Assembly: GCA_045634005.1 (NCBI GenBank)
Contig: JAZQZL010000003.1
Span: 13,038 to 77,037, forward strand
Direction of reading: 5' to 3'
Length of the DNA stretch: 64,000 nt
Source: Candidatus Flemingiibacterium sp.
Lineage (GTDB): Bacteria > Bacillota > Clostridia > Oscillospirales > CAG-272
The position numbers and the translations under genes are program-made. This document shows, in pieces, positions 29,584-39,294 of this stretch (its first letter is position 1; every line of letters starts with the position of its first letter). A model generated the notes under the pieces. It was not told where the DNA came from, ran no database searches, and saw only the letters and a list, made by a program, of their open reading frames with translations.

Positions 29584-30600
29584 ATGTGGACTGAAGAAGA
29601 GCTTAACAGTATGCTGACCGAGCCGTCGGCGGCGCTTATTGAGGATATCAAGAAAATAGACGGCGACATTATGGTGCTCGGCGCAGGCGGCAAAATGGGA
29701 CCTACGCTTTGCATTCTCGCTAAAAATGCAATAGAGAAGGCAGGCGTAGAGAAGCGCGTTATCGCCGTTTCTCGCTTTACCGATCCTATCGCAACCGCGC
29801 TTCTTAATGATAACGGTGTTGAAACGATAAGCTGCGACCTTCTCGACACGGAGCAGCTTCGCGCGCTTCCCGATGTGAAGAACATCATCTTTATGGCTGG
29901 CAGAAAATTCGGCACGGACGGCGGCGAATGGCAGACGTGGGCTATGAATTCCACCCTTCCCGCGTTTGTGGCGGAAAAGTTTAAGGGTGCAAACATCGTC
30001 GTATTCTCCTCGGGCAACATCTACCCTATCGTCCCCCTCTCTACAGGCGGATGCACAGAAAAGGACAAGGTAGGCCCCATCGGCGAATATGCAATGAGCT
30101 GTCTTGCACGCGAGCGCGCATTCGAATATGCGGCACACAAGTACGGCACGAAGGTATTCATCTACCGCCTCAACTTCGCAGTTGACCTTCGCTACGGCGT
30201 ACTCTACGATATGGCTGAAAAGATAATGAGCGGCACGCCTATCGACATTAAAACACCCGCGCTTAACTGCATCTGGCAAGGAAGTGCCAACGAGATCGCA
30301 ATACGCGGTCTTCTCCACGCAGATGAAAACGTTAAGATAATGAACGTAACCGGTCCCGAAACCGTATCTATACAGAAGGCGGCGAGAAAGCTTGCGAAGT
30401 ATCTCGGCAAGGAAGCTATTTTCGAGGGCGTCCCCGGCACGGATGCTTACCTCAACGACGCGTCGCAGGCTATGGAGATATTCGGTTATCCGTCGGTAAA
30501 TATAGAAACGCTTATTCGCTGGCAGGCAGAGTGGATCCTCGACGGCGGCCGCTCGCTCGGCAAGCCTACTCACTTCGAGGAGAGAAAGGGTAGCTATTAA
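29584..30600 (+). CDS. NAD-dependent epimerase/dehydratase-family protein
   Basis: The ATG at 29584 (MWTEEEL) follows GGAGG. Rossmann motif IMVLGAGGKMGPTL. Confidence 0.8.
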   Translation: MWTEEELNSMLTEPSAALIEDIKKIDGDIMVLGAGGKMGPTLCILAKNAIEKAGVEKRVIAVSRFTDPIATALLNDNGVETISCDLLDTEQLRALPDVKNIIFMAGRKFGTDGGEWQTWAMNSTLPAFVAEKFKGANIVVFSSGNIYPIVPLSTGGCTEKDKVGPIGEYAMSCLARERAFEYAAHKYGTKVFIYRLNFAVDLRYGVLYDMAEKIMSGTPIDIKTPALNCIWQGSANEIAIRGLLHADENVKIMNVTGPETVSIQKAARKLAKYLGKEAIFEGVPGTDAYLNDASQAMEIFGYPSVNIETLIRWQAEWILDGGRSLGKPTHFEERKGSY

Positions 30601-30601
30601 A

Positions 30602-31651
30602 ATGAACAGAACTGCAAAGGCACTTGAAATATTAAAGTCGGGTACCGTTATCCCGGCAACACCGCTCGCTCTCACGGCAGAGCGCAAATTCGATGAGGCA
30701 TCGCAGCGCCGACTCACGAGGTACTATCTCGAGGCCGGCGCCGGCGGTATCGCAACTGCAGTGCACAGCACACAGTTTGAAATACGCGATCCCAAGGTTA
30801 ATCTTTTTGAAACCGTGCTTCGCACAGTTTCCTCGGTAATCGACGGCTTTGAAGCGGAAACCGGTAAGACGGTTGTCAAGGTATGCGGCGTTTGCGGCAA
30901 GACCGAACAGGCAATAGCTGAAGCGATGCTCGCTAAAGATATCGGCTACGATGCGGTGCTTTTAAGCCCCGGCGGACTACGCGATTTTGACGAGGAGTAT
31001 ATGATCGAGCGCACAAAGGCGGTCGCAAAGGTAATGCCCGTTATCGGATTTTATCTTCAGCCAAGCGTTGGCGGACGTGTGTTCAGCTACTCATATTGGG
31101 AAAGAATATGCGAAATCGAGGGCGTTCTCGCGATCAAGTGCGCTCCCTTCAACCGCTATCTTACCCACGACGTCGTACGCGCGGTGGCACTTTCAAGCCG
31201 CGCTGACGAAATCACGCTCTACACGGGTAATGACGACAACATCGTTTTCGATCTGCTCACAGAATACCGCTTTACCAAGAACGGCAAGAAGGTAACAAAA
31301 CGCTTTGAAGGCGGACTTCTCGGCCATTGGTGCGTATGGACCAAAAAGGTCGTTGAGATGTTCCCCGCTCTCAAGAACGGAACTCCGAGTGCAGATCTTC
31401 TCTCGCTCGCCGCGGAGATAACCGATGCCAACGAGGCGATCTTCGACTCGACCAACGGCTTTGCAGGATGTATCCCCGGCATACACGAGGTGCTTCGCCG
31501 TCAGGGGCTTCTTGAGGGCATTTGGTGCATTAATCCGAATGAGGCGCTCTCAAATGGACAGGATGATGAAATTGAACGCGTATGCAAAGCCTATCCTCAT
31601 CTTTGCGACGATGAATTCGTAAAGGACTTTCTTGCACGCTACAAGGCGTAG
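30602..31651 (+). CDS. Dihydrodipicolinate-synthase/N-acetylneuraminate-lyase-superfamily protein
   Basis: 349 aa, tightly linked (1-nt gap) to the epimerase gene. The TIM-barrel aldolase-like pattern is called from memory. Confidence 0.55.
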   Translation: MNRTAKALEILKSGTVIPATPLALTAERKFDEASQRRLTRYYLEAGAGGIATAVHSTQFEIRDPKVNLFETVLRTVSSVIDGFEAETGKTVVKVCGVCGKTEQAIAEAMLAKDIGYDAVLLSPGGLRDFDEEYMIERTKAVAKVMPVIGFYLQPSVGGRVFSYSYWERICEIEGVLAIKCAPFNRYLTHDVVRAVALSSRADEITLYTGNDDNIVFDLLTEYRFTKNGKKVTKRFEGGLLGHWCVWTKKVVEMFPALKNGTPSADLLSLAAEITDANEAIFDSTNGFAGCIPGIHEVLRRQGLLEGIWCINPNEALSNGQDDEIERVCKAYPHLCDDEFVKDFLARYKA

Positions 31652-31664
31652 AAAGGGGTTTAAA

Positions 31665-32606
31665 ATGTTTAAGTTAGGTATCGTTGGAACAGGTCTTATA
31701 GCGGGCGGACACGCAAAGGCTATTGCCGCTATGGAAGGCGAATGCACGCTTGCGGCAGTCGCAGACATCGACGGAGAAAAGGCGAAGGGCTTCGGCGAGC
31801 GCTTTGGCGCACCGCATTTCACGGACTACCGCGAAATGGCAGACACCGTCGAGCTTGATGCGGTAATATTAAATCTTCCGCACTTTCTACACCGCGACGT
31901 AACCGTATATTTTCTCGAGCGCGGCATAAACGTGCTTGTTGAGAAGCCAATGGCTAACACCGTCGAGGAGTGTGACGAAATGATCGCCGCGGCAAAAAAG
32001 AGCGGTGCAAAGCTCGCTGTCGGTCACGTTCAGCGCTACTACGAGAGCGTTAAGAGAGTTAAAGAGATCATCGAAACCGAGCGTTTCGGCAAGCTCTGCA
32101 TGATTCGCGAGGTGCGCAACACCGACTATGCAAACGAGCGCCGTCCAAAATGGTTTTTATCAAAGAAGCTTGCAGGCGGCGGCATCGCGATGAACTTCGG
32201 CGCGCATTCGCTTGACAGACTTTTCTATGCAACGGGACTTTCGGTTGAAAAGGTGCACAGCGTCACTTCAAATCCCGTCACGGGCGATGACGTTGACGTT
32301 TGCACACAGATATTTTTAGAGCTTTCGGGCGGTGTGTCGCAGACGATAACCCTCTGCGGCTCGCACGTTCCAAACGAATTCGAAACCGCATACTATTTCA
32401 CCGACGGCGCTGTGAAGATCATCAACGCCTGTGAGCTTGTAGTGTACGAAAACGGCGAATGGGTAAACTACGGCGGCCGCGACGAGCTTATGCTCGATCA
32501 GCTCGGTGAGTTCGTGAAATTATTAAAGGACGAGCCAAATGAAATGTCAACTCCCGAATACTCGCGCGAGATCGTTCGAGTCATCGAAGAAATCGTAAAT
32601 AAGTAA
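31665..32606 (+). CDS. Gfo/Idh/MocA-family oxidoreductase
   Basis: MFKLGIVGTGLIAGGHAKAI...VLVEKPMA. The ATG at 31665 follows AAAGGGG. Confidence 0.85.
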   Translation: MFKLGIVGTGLIAGGHAKAIAAMEGECTLAAVADIDGEKAKGFGERFGAPHFTDYREMADTVELDAVILNLPHFLHRDVTVYFLERGINVLVEKPMANTVEECDEMIAAAKKSGAKLAVGHVQRYYESVKRVKEIIETERFGKLCMIREVRNTDYANERRPKWFLSKKLAGGGIAMNFGAHSLDRLFYATGLSVEKVHSVTSNPVTGDDVDVCTQIFLELSGGVSQTITLCGSHVPNEFETAYYFTDGAVKIINACELVVYENGEWVNYGGRDELMLDQLGEFVKLLKDEPNEMSTPEYSREIVRVIEEIVNK

Positions 32607-32611
32607 AATTA

Positions 32612-32637
32612 AATCCCTCGGCTTTAGCCGAGGGATT
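32612..32637. terminator. Bidirectional terminator between convergent operons
   Basis: AATCCCTCGGC ttta GCCGAGGGATT, with A- and T-runs on either side. Confidence 0.85.
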
Positions 32638-32640
32638 CTT

Positions 32641-34743
32641 TTATTTAACGTCGTAGGTAACTTTTATTGTGTGCTTGTCGGAAACTTCCGTTTCGTAGTA
32701 GATATGCCACTGCGGCGCTTCCTTCGCGTGGAACTGTTCGGGTACGCCTTCGTTAAGGTCCACTCCGAACTTGTCGGATATTTCGCGAAGCGTGAGCGAG
32801 CTGTCGGGCGAAACCGTCATTTTGACTCCGCCGCGCTCGATTATAACTTCGTTGCCGTCAGCTACGGGTGCAGATAATGCGTGAAGCGGATAGGTTATCT
32901 TAACGCCGTGATCTGCCTCGATCTCGTCAAGCACCGTAATGCGTCTGTCTTCAAGCGTGATCGTACGCTGCCACTTCTTTAGCATCGGGTAAGATGCGGA
33001 TATGTCAAGTACCGCGCGCTTGGTAACGCCATCGTCCGTACAGGACACGATCTTGCCGCGCGAGTTCATGCTCGCCGCCTCCTGACCGACACCGTCGACA
33101 AGCATTGCATTGTGCGCGACCGTCTGCCGCATCCAATTAAAATGATGCGCCGTTCCGTACTCTCTGCCGAAATATCCCGACGGAGAGATGAGCGCCGTTC
33201 CCTTATAGTAGATCGCAAAGCTACCCTGATCGGCGTGACGGTGAGTGTCCGAGCCGAACTTCGATGCTCTTGCAAGAACCGCAAGGTCATTTTCGGTGTT
33301 TCTGATATCGGTGTGCATACTGACAAATCCCGCATCGGGGAACACCGCCGTATCAGAAAGCTCCTCGCAAAGTGCTCTCGACGTCGGCTTACCGACGGGC
33401 AGGAAAATATCAAGCAAATGCAGCTTGTAAATCTCCGGCGATGCGGACTTTGCAGCAAGCTTTTTCGCCTCGTCGGGACCGAATCTGTCAGCCCAGAAGC
33501 GCATCGGGCTTTGCGCGAAAAATCCCGGCCAGGCAGGATCGTCGGGGGTACACCAATATCCGTCGCCAAACGGGTGATTCTCCTGCCGTGGATTTGCGAA
33601 ATGCAAAAAGAATTTAGTAAGTCTTTGATAGAACGGACGGTTTAAGAAAGACGTTCCGCCAAAGCGCTCAACTGCCGAGAAAAACGGTATAAACCATTTC
33701 GTATAGCTCGTCGAATAAAAAGCGCCCTCTGCCCAACCACCGTCGGGTGTGCCGTAATACGGGAAGATACCGCCGAATATTTCAAGTGAATATTCAAGCC
33801 AGCGCACAAGCTCATCCTCGGGCACAACGCCGCTATCTTTAAGCACAAGCGCCGCTTCACCGAGGTATGCCGGCAAGCGACCTGCGTGAGAGTTGCCGGG
33901 ATTTTGGCAGTAATCGAGATTTTTCAGAACCTCGTATGCCTGCGTTGCATATACGCGAATGGTAGAGGCAACGTATCTACGCTCCTTATCGTCAAGAAGC
34001 GGATAAAGCATATCATAAACCGCCGGCAAGCAGCGAATCATCGAAAGCCCGATCTCATCGCCCCAGCTCCACTGAACCGAAAACGGTCCGTGCGGATTTC
34101 GGTCACACAGCGTGAAAAGCATTTCCTTTGCAAATGCGCCCGCGCGCTCGTCACCTATGAGCGCGTATCCAAGCGCACACGCGACGAGATTACGGTCAAC
34201 ATATTCGCGGAAAACACCGAGGAACTCCCGATAAGGAAGCGCCCCCGGATCGCGGTGATACATCGGAAGCGGCGGCATACCGTTTTCATACGCAAGCTCG
34301 ATATTACGGCGAAGCACCGTAAGCTCCGCTTTATGTGTGCGAACTATCTCGGGAATATCATTTTCAAAAAAGAGATGGCGCGGATGCACGTCAGGCACCT
34401 TGGAAAGCAGCGTTTTCGCGTCGACTCGCGGTATCTCCACGGCATAGTCAGCGAGAGTAAACTGCATCTCACCGCGCTCTGCCCCCTCACAGTACACGTT
34501 CCACTTATACTCGCCGGCACCGGGAAGCGTAACAACACAGTAGTTAAAGCCCGTGTCCGCACGGAATATTTCACCGCTCTTATCCGAAACGGTAACGGTA
34601 TAAGTATGCTTTCCCTCTATCGGTATCCAACAAAGGCAGGCGGGATTTTCCTCGACTACCCTGCCCGCTTCGGGAAATGTAAAGACCTGTATTTTGGACG
34701 TACGTTCAAGCGGAAACTTCAGATTTGACATTTTATCCCTCAT
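32641..34743 (-). CDS. Heparinase II/III-family (polysaccharide lyase-like) protein
   Basis: About 700 aa. HRHADQGSFAIYYKG...HNAMLVDG is the C-terminal heparinase II/III signature. The start is either ATG 34743 (ATGA overlap with the upstream stop) or ATG 34731 (after GAGGGA). Confidence 0.8.
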   Translation of the reverse strand: MRDKMSNLKFPLERTSKIQVFTFPEAGRVVEENPACLCWIPIEGKHTYTVTVSDKSGEIFRADTGFNYCVVTLPGAGEYKWNVYCEGAERGEMQFTLADYAVEIPRVDAKTLLSKVPDVHPRHLFFENDIPEIVRTHKAELTVLRRNIELAYENGMPPLPMYHRDPGALPYREFLGVFREYVDRNLVACALGYALIGDERAGAFAKEMLFTLCDRNPHGPFSVQWSWGDEIGLSMIRCLPAVYDMLYPLLDDKERRYVASTIRVYATQAYEVLKNLDYCQNPGNSHAGRLPAYLGEAALVLKDSGVVPEDELVRWLEYSLEIFGGIFPYYGTPDGGWAEGAFYSTSYTKWFIPFFSAVERFGGTSFLNRPFYQRLTKFFLHFANPRQENHPFGDGYWCTPDDPAWPGFFAQSPMRFWADRFGPDEAKKLAAKSASPEIYKLHLLDIFLPVGKPTSRALCEELSDTAVFPDAGFVSMHTDIRNTENDLAVLARASKFGSDTHRHADQGSFAIYYKGTALISPSGYFGREYGTAHHFNWMRQTVAHNAMLVDGVGQEAASMNSRGKIVSCTDDGVTKRAVLDISASYPMLKKWQRTITLEDRRITVLDEIEADHGVKITYPLHALSAPVADGNEVIIERGGVKMTVSPDSSLTLREISDKFGVDLNEGVPEQFHAKEAPQWHIYYETEVSDKHTIKVTYDVK

Positions 34744-35303
34744 TTTTTAGACTTACTGTACCAGATATATTCGCCCGTTTCGGGATTGATCTCGCCTATC
34801 TGCTTTGCCGGAACGCCTGCCATTATCGCGTAGTCGGGCGTGGATTTCGTAACTACCGCACCTGCGCAGATAAGATTTGCGCGTCCCATCTTAACTCCGC
34901 CCGTCACGGTAACGTTCGATGCGAGCCAACATCCGTAGCCTATCACTATGCTGTCGTCGCCGTCGCGATTTGTACGCGCGGAGAACCAGCCCGTTTTGGG
35001 ATCAAACTTGTGATTGCCCGCTGCAACCGAGCAACCGGGTCCGATCATAGTGTGGTCTCCGATCGTAATATCGCCGTTAAGATAAGCGTACAGACCGATA
35101 TAAACGTCCTCGCCGATCTGCTCCTTGGGTACGCGAACGACCGCGCCCGGTGCTATTCTGACACCGTTTTCGCCGTATCCCATAACTCTCGCGCGGCGGC
35201 TGTCACCCTCAAAGTTGTGATGCTCGTTGCAAAACGCGGTAAACTCCGCGAAGCGCTCGTCGGTAAATTCAACGCTTATAAAGCCGTTATCTTTTTCGGA
35301 CAT
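34740..35303 (-). CDS. Hexapeptide-repeat (LbH) acetyltransferase
   Basis: IGDHTMIGPGCSVAAGNH...IGYGCWLASNVTVTGGVKMGRANLICAGAVV. Confidence 0.85.
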   Translation of the reverse strand: MSEKDNGFISVEFTDERFAEFTAFCNEHHNFEGDSRRARVMGYGENGVRIAPGAVVRVPKEQIGEDVYIGLYAYLNGDITIGDHTMIGPGCSVAAGNHKFDPKTGWFSARTNRDGDDSIVIGYGCWLASNVTVTGGVKMGRANLICAGAVVTKSTPDYAIMAGVPAKQIGEINPETGEYIWYSKSKK

Positions 35304-35319
35304 TTTTCTTTTCTCCGTT

Positions 35320-36657
35320 TCATATTTTTATGCTGATACTACCGTCCTCGCCGTATTCGATCGGCTCAAAATCGCGGCAGAAGCTGTCTATTTCTTTAAG
35401 AAGCGAATCCTTTGTATGTGTCGGATGCGACTCGGCGAGTATGGTCTTCGCAACGGCAGCTCCGCCCTTAAGAAAATCGTATGCAAGACGTGTCAGCGCC
35501 TCTGCACCGAGCATATACGCCCACTCGGGATTTTTTATGGTAAAGTCCGCGCCGTGACCGCGTCCTGCCGTGCCGCTGACGGATGCCTGTATGCAAGGCA
35601 TAACGCAAGCGATATCACCAATATCCGTGCAGCCGGGATCAAAATATCCCTCCTGCTCGTTTATATCCTCGCGCGGCACGAGCGTTGCGAATGTGTCAAC
35701 CATAGCACGCTGAAGTGCCTTACATGGTACGAAGGGCATATCGCCCGGTCGGTCGGATATTTCCACCGATGCACCGATCGCCGCAGTACAGCAGGCTACC
35801 GTGCGGTTGATCTTATCGTTTTCGGCTCTGATCGCTTCAACATTCGAGCCTCGAAGCTGCGCTTCCATACGTACGTCGTCTGCCACGACGTTTACAGCAT
35901 CGCCGCCCTTCGAATACCAATAACTAAATCGCGTGTAGTTCTGCTCGCGGAATGTGTCGCGCTGCGCGTTAACGCCGTTCATCGCAAGTGTCGCCGCCTC
36001 AAGCGCGTTTACACCGTTCCAGGGACCCGCAACGTGCGAGCTCCTGCCCTTGAAGCGCAACATTTTTATAATCGAGCCGTTGCTTCCGGGATTAAAATAG
36101 AAGCAAGGCTTCTTTCCGCCAAGCGTATGTATCATAACGGCGATATCAACGCCGTCAAAAAGTCCGCGGTGCAAAAACTCAACCTTTCCGCTCGTGTAGC
36201 GTATCACGCCGTCACGGCGAAGCTTTTCGCGCTCCTCAACCTGAAGCTCCTCTGCCGGAACTGCCATAAAGCGTACCTTACCGCAAAGGTCAGCAAGCAC
36301 ACGCTCATCGCGAAGCACGTATGCCGCACCAATAAGCTCTGCGTCCTGCGCATTGTGAGCGCATACGTGCGCCGCACCCGTAACGGGATCTGCCGCTGGA
36401 TGCTCGCGGCATACGAGCGCGTCCATTTCCGCCATCAGTGCAACGCACGGGCCGGGACGTCCCGTATCAAGCTCCGCGATAAATCCGGGGATATTTCCTG
36501 CCGTCTTTACCTCGTAGCCGAAATCCTCGAATTTTTTCTTTAAAAATTCGTGTGCCTTCCACTCAAAAAAGCCAAGCTCGGGATTATCCCAAAGATACTT
36601 TCCCACCTCGTATATGTGCTCTCTCGCCGCTTCTGTAAGCTCGTGTATTATCTGCAA
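35320..36657 (-). CDS. M20-family amidohydrolase/peptidase
   Basis: 445 aa. LMAEMDAL...HVCAHN...GGDAVNVV is the M20D-type pattern. Confidence 0.75.
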   Translation of the reverse strand: MQIIHELTEAAREHIYEVGKYLWDNPELGFFEWKAHEFLKKKFEDFGYEVKTAGNIPGFIAELDTGRPGPCVALMAEMDALVCREHPAADPVTGAAHVCAHNAQDAELIGAAYVLRDERVLADLCGKVRFMAVPAEELQVEEREKLRRDGVIRYTSGKVEFLHRGLFDGVDIAVMIHTLGGKKPCFYFNPGSNGSIIKMLRFKGRSSHVAGPWNGVNALEAATLAMNGVNAQRDTFREQNYTRFSYWYSKGGDAVNVVADDVRMEAQLRGSNVEAIRAENDKINRTVACCTAAIGASVEISDRPGDMPFVPCKALQRAMVDTFATLVPREDINEQEGYFDPGCTDIGDIACVMPCIQASVSGTAGRGHGADFTIKNPEWAYMLGAEALTRLAYDFLKGGAAVAKTILAESHPTHTKDSLLKEIDSFCRDFEPIEYGEDGSISIKI

Positions 36658-36795
36658 ACCGGCTCACCGTCCTCTATAATAATGTATATCAAATGTACCT
36701 ACAACTACATCCTACACTATCAAAAAAGGTTTGTCAATATCTGCGAGGAAATTTAGTAACCATTTAGTTATTTTCGCTTCGTGCGATTATAAAAA

Positions 36796-36822
36796 GCCTC
36801 GCTTTCGTATGGAAAGCGAGGC
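36796..36822 (-). terminator. glnA terminator
   Basis: A5-GCCTCGCTTTC-gtatg-GAAAGCGAGGC-T5. Confidence 0.85.
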
Positions 36823-36834
36823 TTTTTGGTTAAA

Positions 36835-38259
36835 TTAAAGGTTATAATATCTGTCGAACTCTGCGGGATGCGGAATCTTTGCAAGTTCTGCACACTCTGC
36901 GCGCTTTGCCTTGACAAAATTCTTTAAAAGCTCCTCGGGGAATACTCCGCCGGCGGTCAGATAATCGTGATCTGCCTCGAGCGCGTCGAGCGCCTCGGGA
37001 AGCGAGGTGGGAAGTCCCTTAAGCTTTGCCTTCTCCTCCTCGGGAAGATGATAGAGGTTGAAGTCGTAGGGGCCCCAGCCGTTTGCGTGAGGATCGATCT
37101 TGTTCTTGATACCGTCAAGACCCGCCATAAGGATAGCCGCGTAGCAGAAGTACGGGTTGCAGGTAGGGTCGGGGTTACGAAGCTCAAATCTTCTCTTCTC
37201 GGGGCTCTTTGCATACGCAGGAATACGAATGACTGCGCTTCTGTTGGAGGTTGCGTAGCCAACGGTAACGGGCGCCTCAAATCCGGGAACAAGACGCTTG
37301 AAGGAGTTAGTGCTGGGATTGGTGATAGCGCAAAGAGATGCGATGTGCTTTAAAAGTCCGCCCATAAAGTAGTGTGCGGTTTCGCTGAGGTGAGAGTATC
37401 CGTTATCATCAGAGAATACGGGCTTGCCGTCCTTCATAAGAAGCATGTGTACGTGCATACCGCTTCCTGCCTCACCGTAGATCGGCTTGGGCATAAAGGT
37501 TGCGCTCTTGCCGTACTTGAGCGCGGTGTTGTGAATGATGTACTTTATCATCATAGTAGCGTCAGCCATATGTACTACCTCGCCAAGCTGAGGCTCGATC
37601 TCGAACTGACCGGAAGCTGCTACCTCGGGATGATGGTAATTGATATCAATACCCATTTCCTTCATAAGCATACACATCTCGCTGCGGCACTCGTAGGAAA
37701 TGTCAAACGGCTTTGCTATGTGGTAGTTCTTCTGCTTGGGAACAACGACGCCCTTGCCCTCCACAGCGCTGTTCCAATACGACTGAACAGCATCCACGGA
37801 AGCGCCGATATAGTTGCCCTCAACGCCCCAGGTTACGTTATCAAAGAGATAAAACTCGAACTCGGGAAGAATATACATCGTATCAGCTATACCGCTCTTT
37901 TTCATCTCCTCGACAGCCGCACGGATAATGTTTCTCGGGTACTGTGCGAGCGGACGGTTTTCGGGAGAATCGATGATCATTGCGTTACCCGTCATAGAAA
38001 GTGTCGGGATAGAGCAGAAGGGATCGATAACTGCGGTGTCGGGATCGGGAATGAACACCATATCGCTCTTTTCAACTACTGCATAGCCGTAGTTCGAAGC
38101 GTCAAAGCCGATACCGCTCTTCATCGTATCCTCGGAAAAGTTCTCCGCAGGGATAGTAACGTGGCGGTACTGACCGTTGATGTCAACCATTTTGAAGTCT
38201 ACCATTTTGATGCCGTTCTCTTTGATCAGAGAAAGCACGTCTTTGATGCTCTTTGCCAT
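36835..38259 (-). CDS. glnA: Glutamine synthetase, type I
   Basis: 474 aa. VDFKMVDINGQYRHVTIP...GSGMHVHMLL...NRSAVIRIP. Confidence 0.95.
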   Translation of the reverse strand: MAKSIKDVLSLIKENGIKMVDFKMVDINGQYRHVTIPAENFSEDTMKSGIGFDASNYGYAVVEKSDMVFIPDPDTAVIDPFCSIPTLSMTGNAMIIDSPENRPLAQYPRNIIRAAVEEMKKSGIADTMYILPEFEFYLFDNVTWGVEGNYIGASVDAVQSYWNSAVEGKGVVVPKQKNYHIAKPFDISYECRSEMCMLMKEMGIDINYHHPEVAASGQFEIEPQLGEVVHMADATMMIKYIIHNTALKYGKSATFMPKPIYGEAGSGMHVHMLLMKDGKPVFSDDNGYSHLSETAHYFMGGLLKHIASLCAITNPSTNSFKRLVPGFEAPVTVGYATSNRSAVIRIPAYAKSPEKRRFELRNPDPTCNPYFCYAAILMAGLDGIKNKIDPHANGWGPYDFNLYHLPEEEKAKLKGLPTSLPEALDALEADHDYLTAGGVFPEELLKNFVKAKRAECAELAKIPHPAEFDRYYNL

Positions 38260-38300
38260 AATTATCTCCTCATTATAATTAAAATTGTTTTATAGTTTAC

Positions 38301-38990
38301 TTACTGGAGCAGCTCGAACTTGTAGCCAACGCCCCAAACCGTCTTAAGTATCCACTTATCGGATACGCCCTCAAGCTTCTCGCGAAGACGCTTAACGTGA
38401 ACGTCAACCGTACGGGAGTCGCCGAGATAGTCAAAGCCCCAAACCTTGTCAAGAAGCTGATCGCGCGTGAATACGCGATTGTAGTTCGAAGCAAGGAAAT
38501 AAAGAAGCTCAAGCTCCTTCGGAGGAATGTCAACCGACTTGCCGTTTAATTTAAGCTCGTACTTCTGACGGGAAATTTCGATGTTATCGAACTTGATAGT
38601 TTCGTCGTCGTTCTGATTGTCGTGTGCGCTGTAGCGGCGAAGGACTGCCTTTACGCGCGCGGAAAGCTCCTTGGTTTCAAACGGCTTTACCATAAAGTCG
38701 TCCGCGCCAAGCTCAAGGCCGAGCACCTTGTCGAACACCTCACCCTTTGCGGTAAGCATAATGATCGGCTTCGAGGACATTTCGCGAATCTCGCGGCATA
38801 CCTGCCAGCCGTCCTTTTTGGGAAGCATAATGTCGAGGAGCACAAGATCGGGCTCGTACATTTTAAAGAAGCTTACGCCCTCCGCTCCGTCATTGGCGGT
38901 TTTCACCTCATAGCCCTCGTTTTCGAAATACAACCGAAGGAGATCACAGATATTAAGGTCGTCGTCCACAACAAGAATTTTCGTTGCCAT
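38301..38990 (-). CDS. OmpR-family response regulator (receiver + winged helix), no adjacent kinase
   Basis: KILVVDDDLNICDLL...DLVLLDIMLPKKDGW...LTAKG... and a C-terminal TVWGVGYKF. Confidence 0.93.
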   Translation of the reverse strand: MATKILVVDDDLNICDLLRLYFENEGYEVKTANDGAEGVSFFKMYEPDLVLLDIMLPKKDGWQVCREIREMSSKPIIMLTAKGEVFDKVLGLELGADDFMVKPFETKELSARVKAVLRRYSAHDNQNDDETIKFDNIEISRQKYELKLNGKSVDIPPKELELLYFLASNYNRVFTRDQLLDKVWGFDYLGDSRTVDVHVKRLREKLEGVSDKWILKTVWGVGYKFELLQ

Positions 38991-39133
38991 TTGTGTTTAC
39001 TTCCTTTCTTTTATAGTAATTTTTAAGTTAAACTTTGTTATTTCTGTGACAATGTGCACAATTTGTTGTTCATAATTTCACACATTCGTCAAATTGTTAA
39101 TTTCGTGAAATATATAACCATATTCACAATTGT

Positions 39134-39162
39134 ATTATAGCAGAGTAAAATGGATTTGTCAA
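39134..39162 (-). promoter_or_regulatory. Perfect consensus promoter for the response-regulator/glnA unit
   Basis: On the minus strand: TTGACA (39162-39157), 17-nt spacer, TATAAT (39139-39134). It leaves an AT-rich leader of about 135 nt. Confidence 0.65.
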
Positions 39163-39239
39163 GACGTCACTGTGAAGATACGGTGAATTTTTGCCATTTT
39201 ATCAAAATCAAACACGAATAAGTTTCGTCCAACCGACAC

Positions 39240-39268
39240 TTGACATTGTTCGATGCAAAAGCTATAAT
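39240..39268 (+). promoter_or_regulatory. Perfect consensus promoter for the GH28 gene
   Basis: TTGACA (39240-39245), 17-nt spacer, TATAAT (39263-39268). Confidence 0.7.
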
Positions 39269-39294
39269 AATATTAAGTATAGTGAGGTGTTTAT

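Noticed and set aside
29566-30717. 383-aa minus-strand ORF
   Set aside because: It is antisense to the epimerase and lyase genes, which carry a Rossmann motif and proper RBSs. It is a shadow ORF.
35227-36543. 438-aa plus-strand ORF
   Set aside because: It is antisense to the M20 hydrolase gene, which has clear family motifs. It is a shadow ORF.
38260-38300. Glutamine riboswitch or other cis element before glnA
   Set aside because: Only 41 nt separate the upstream stop from the glnA start, which leaves room for little more than an RBS.
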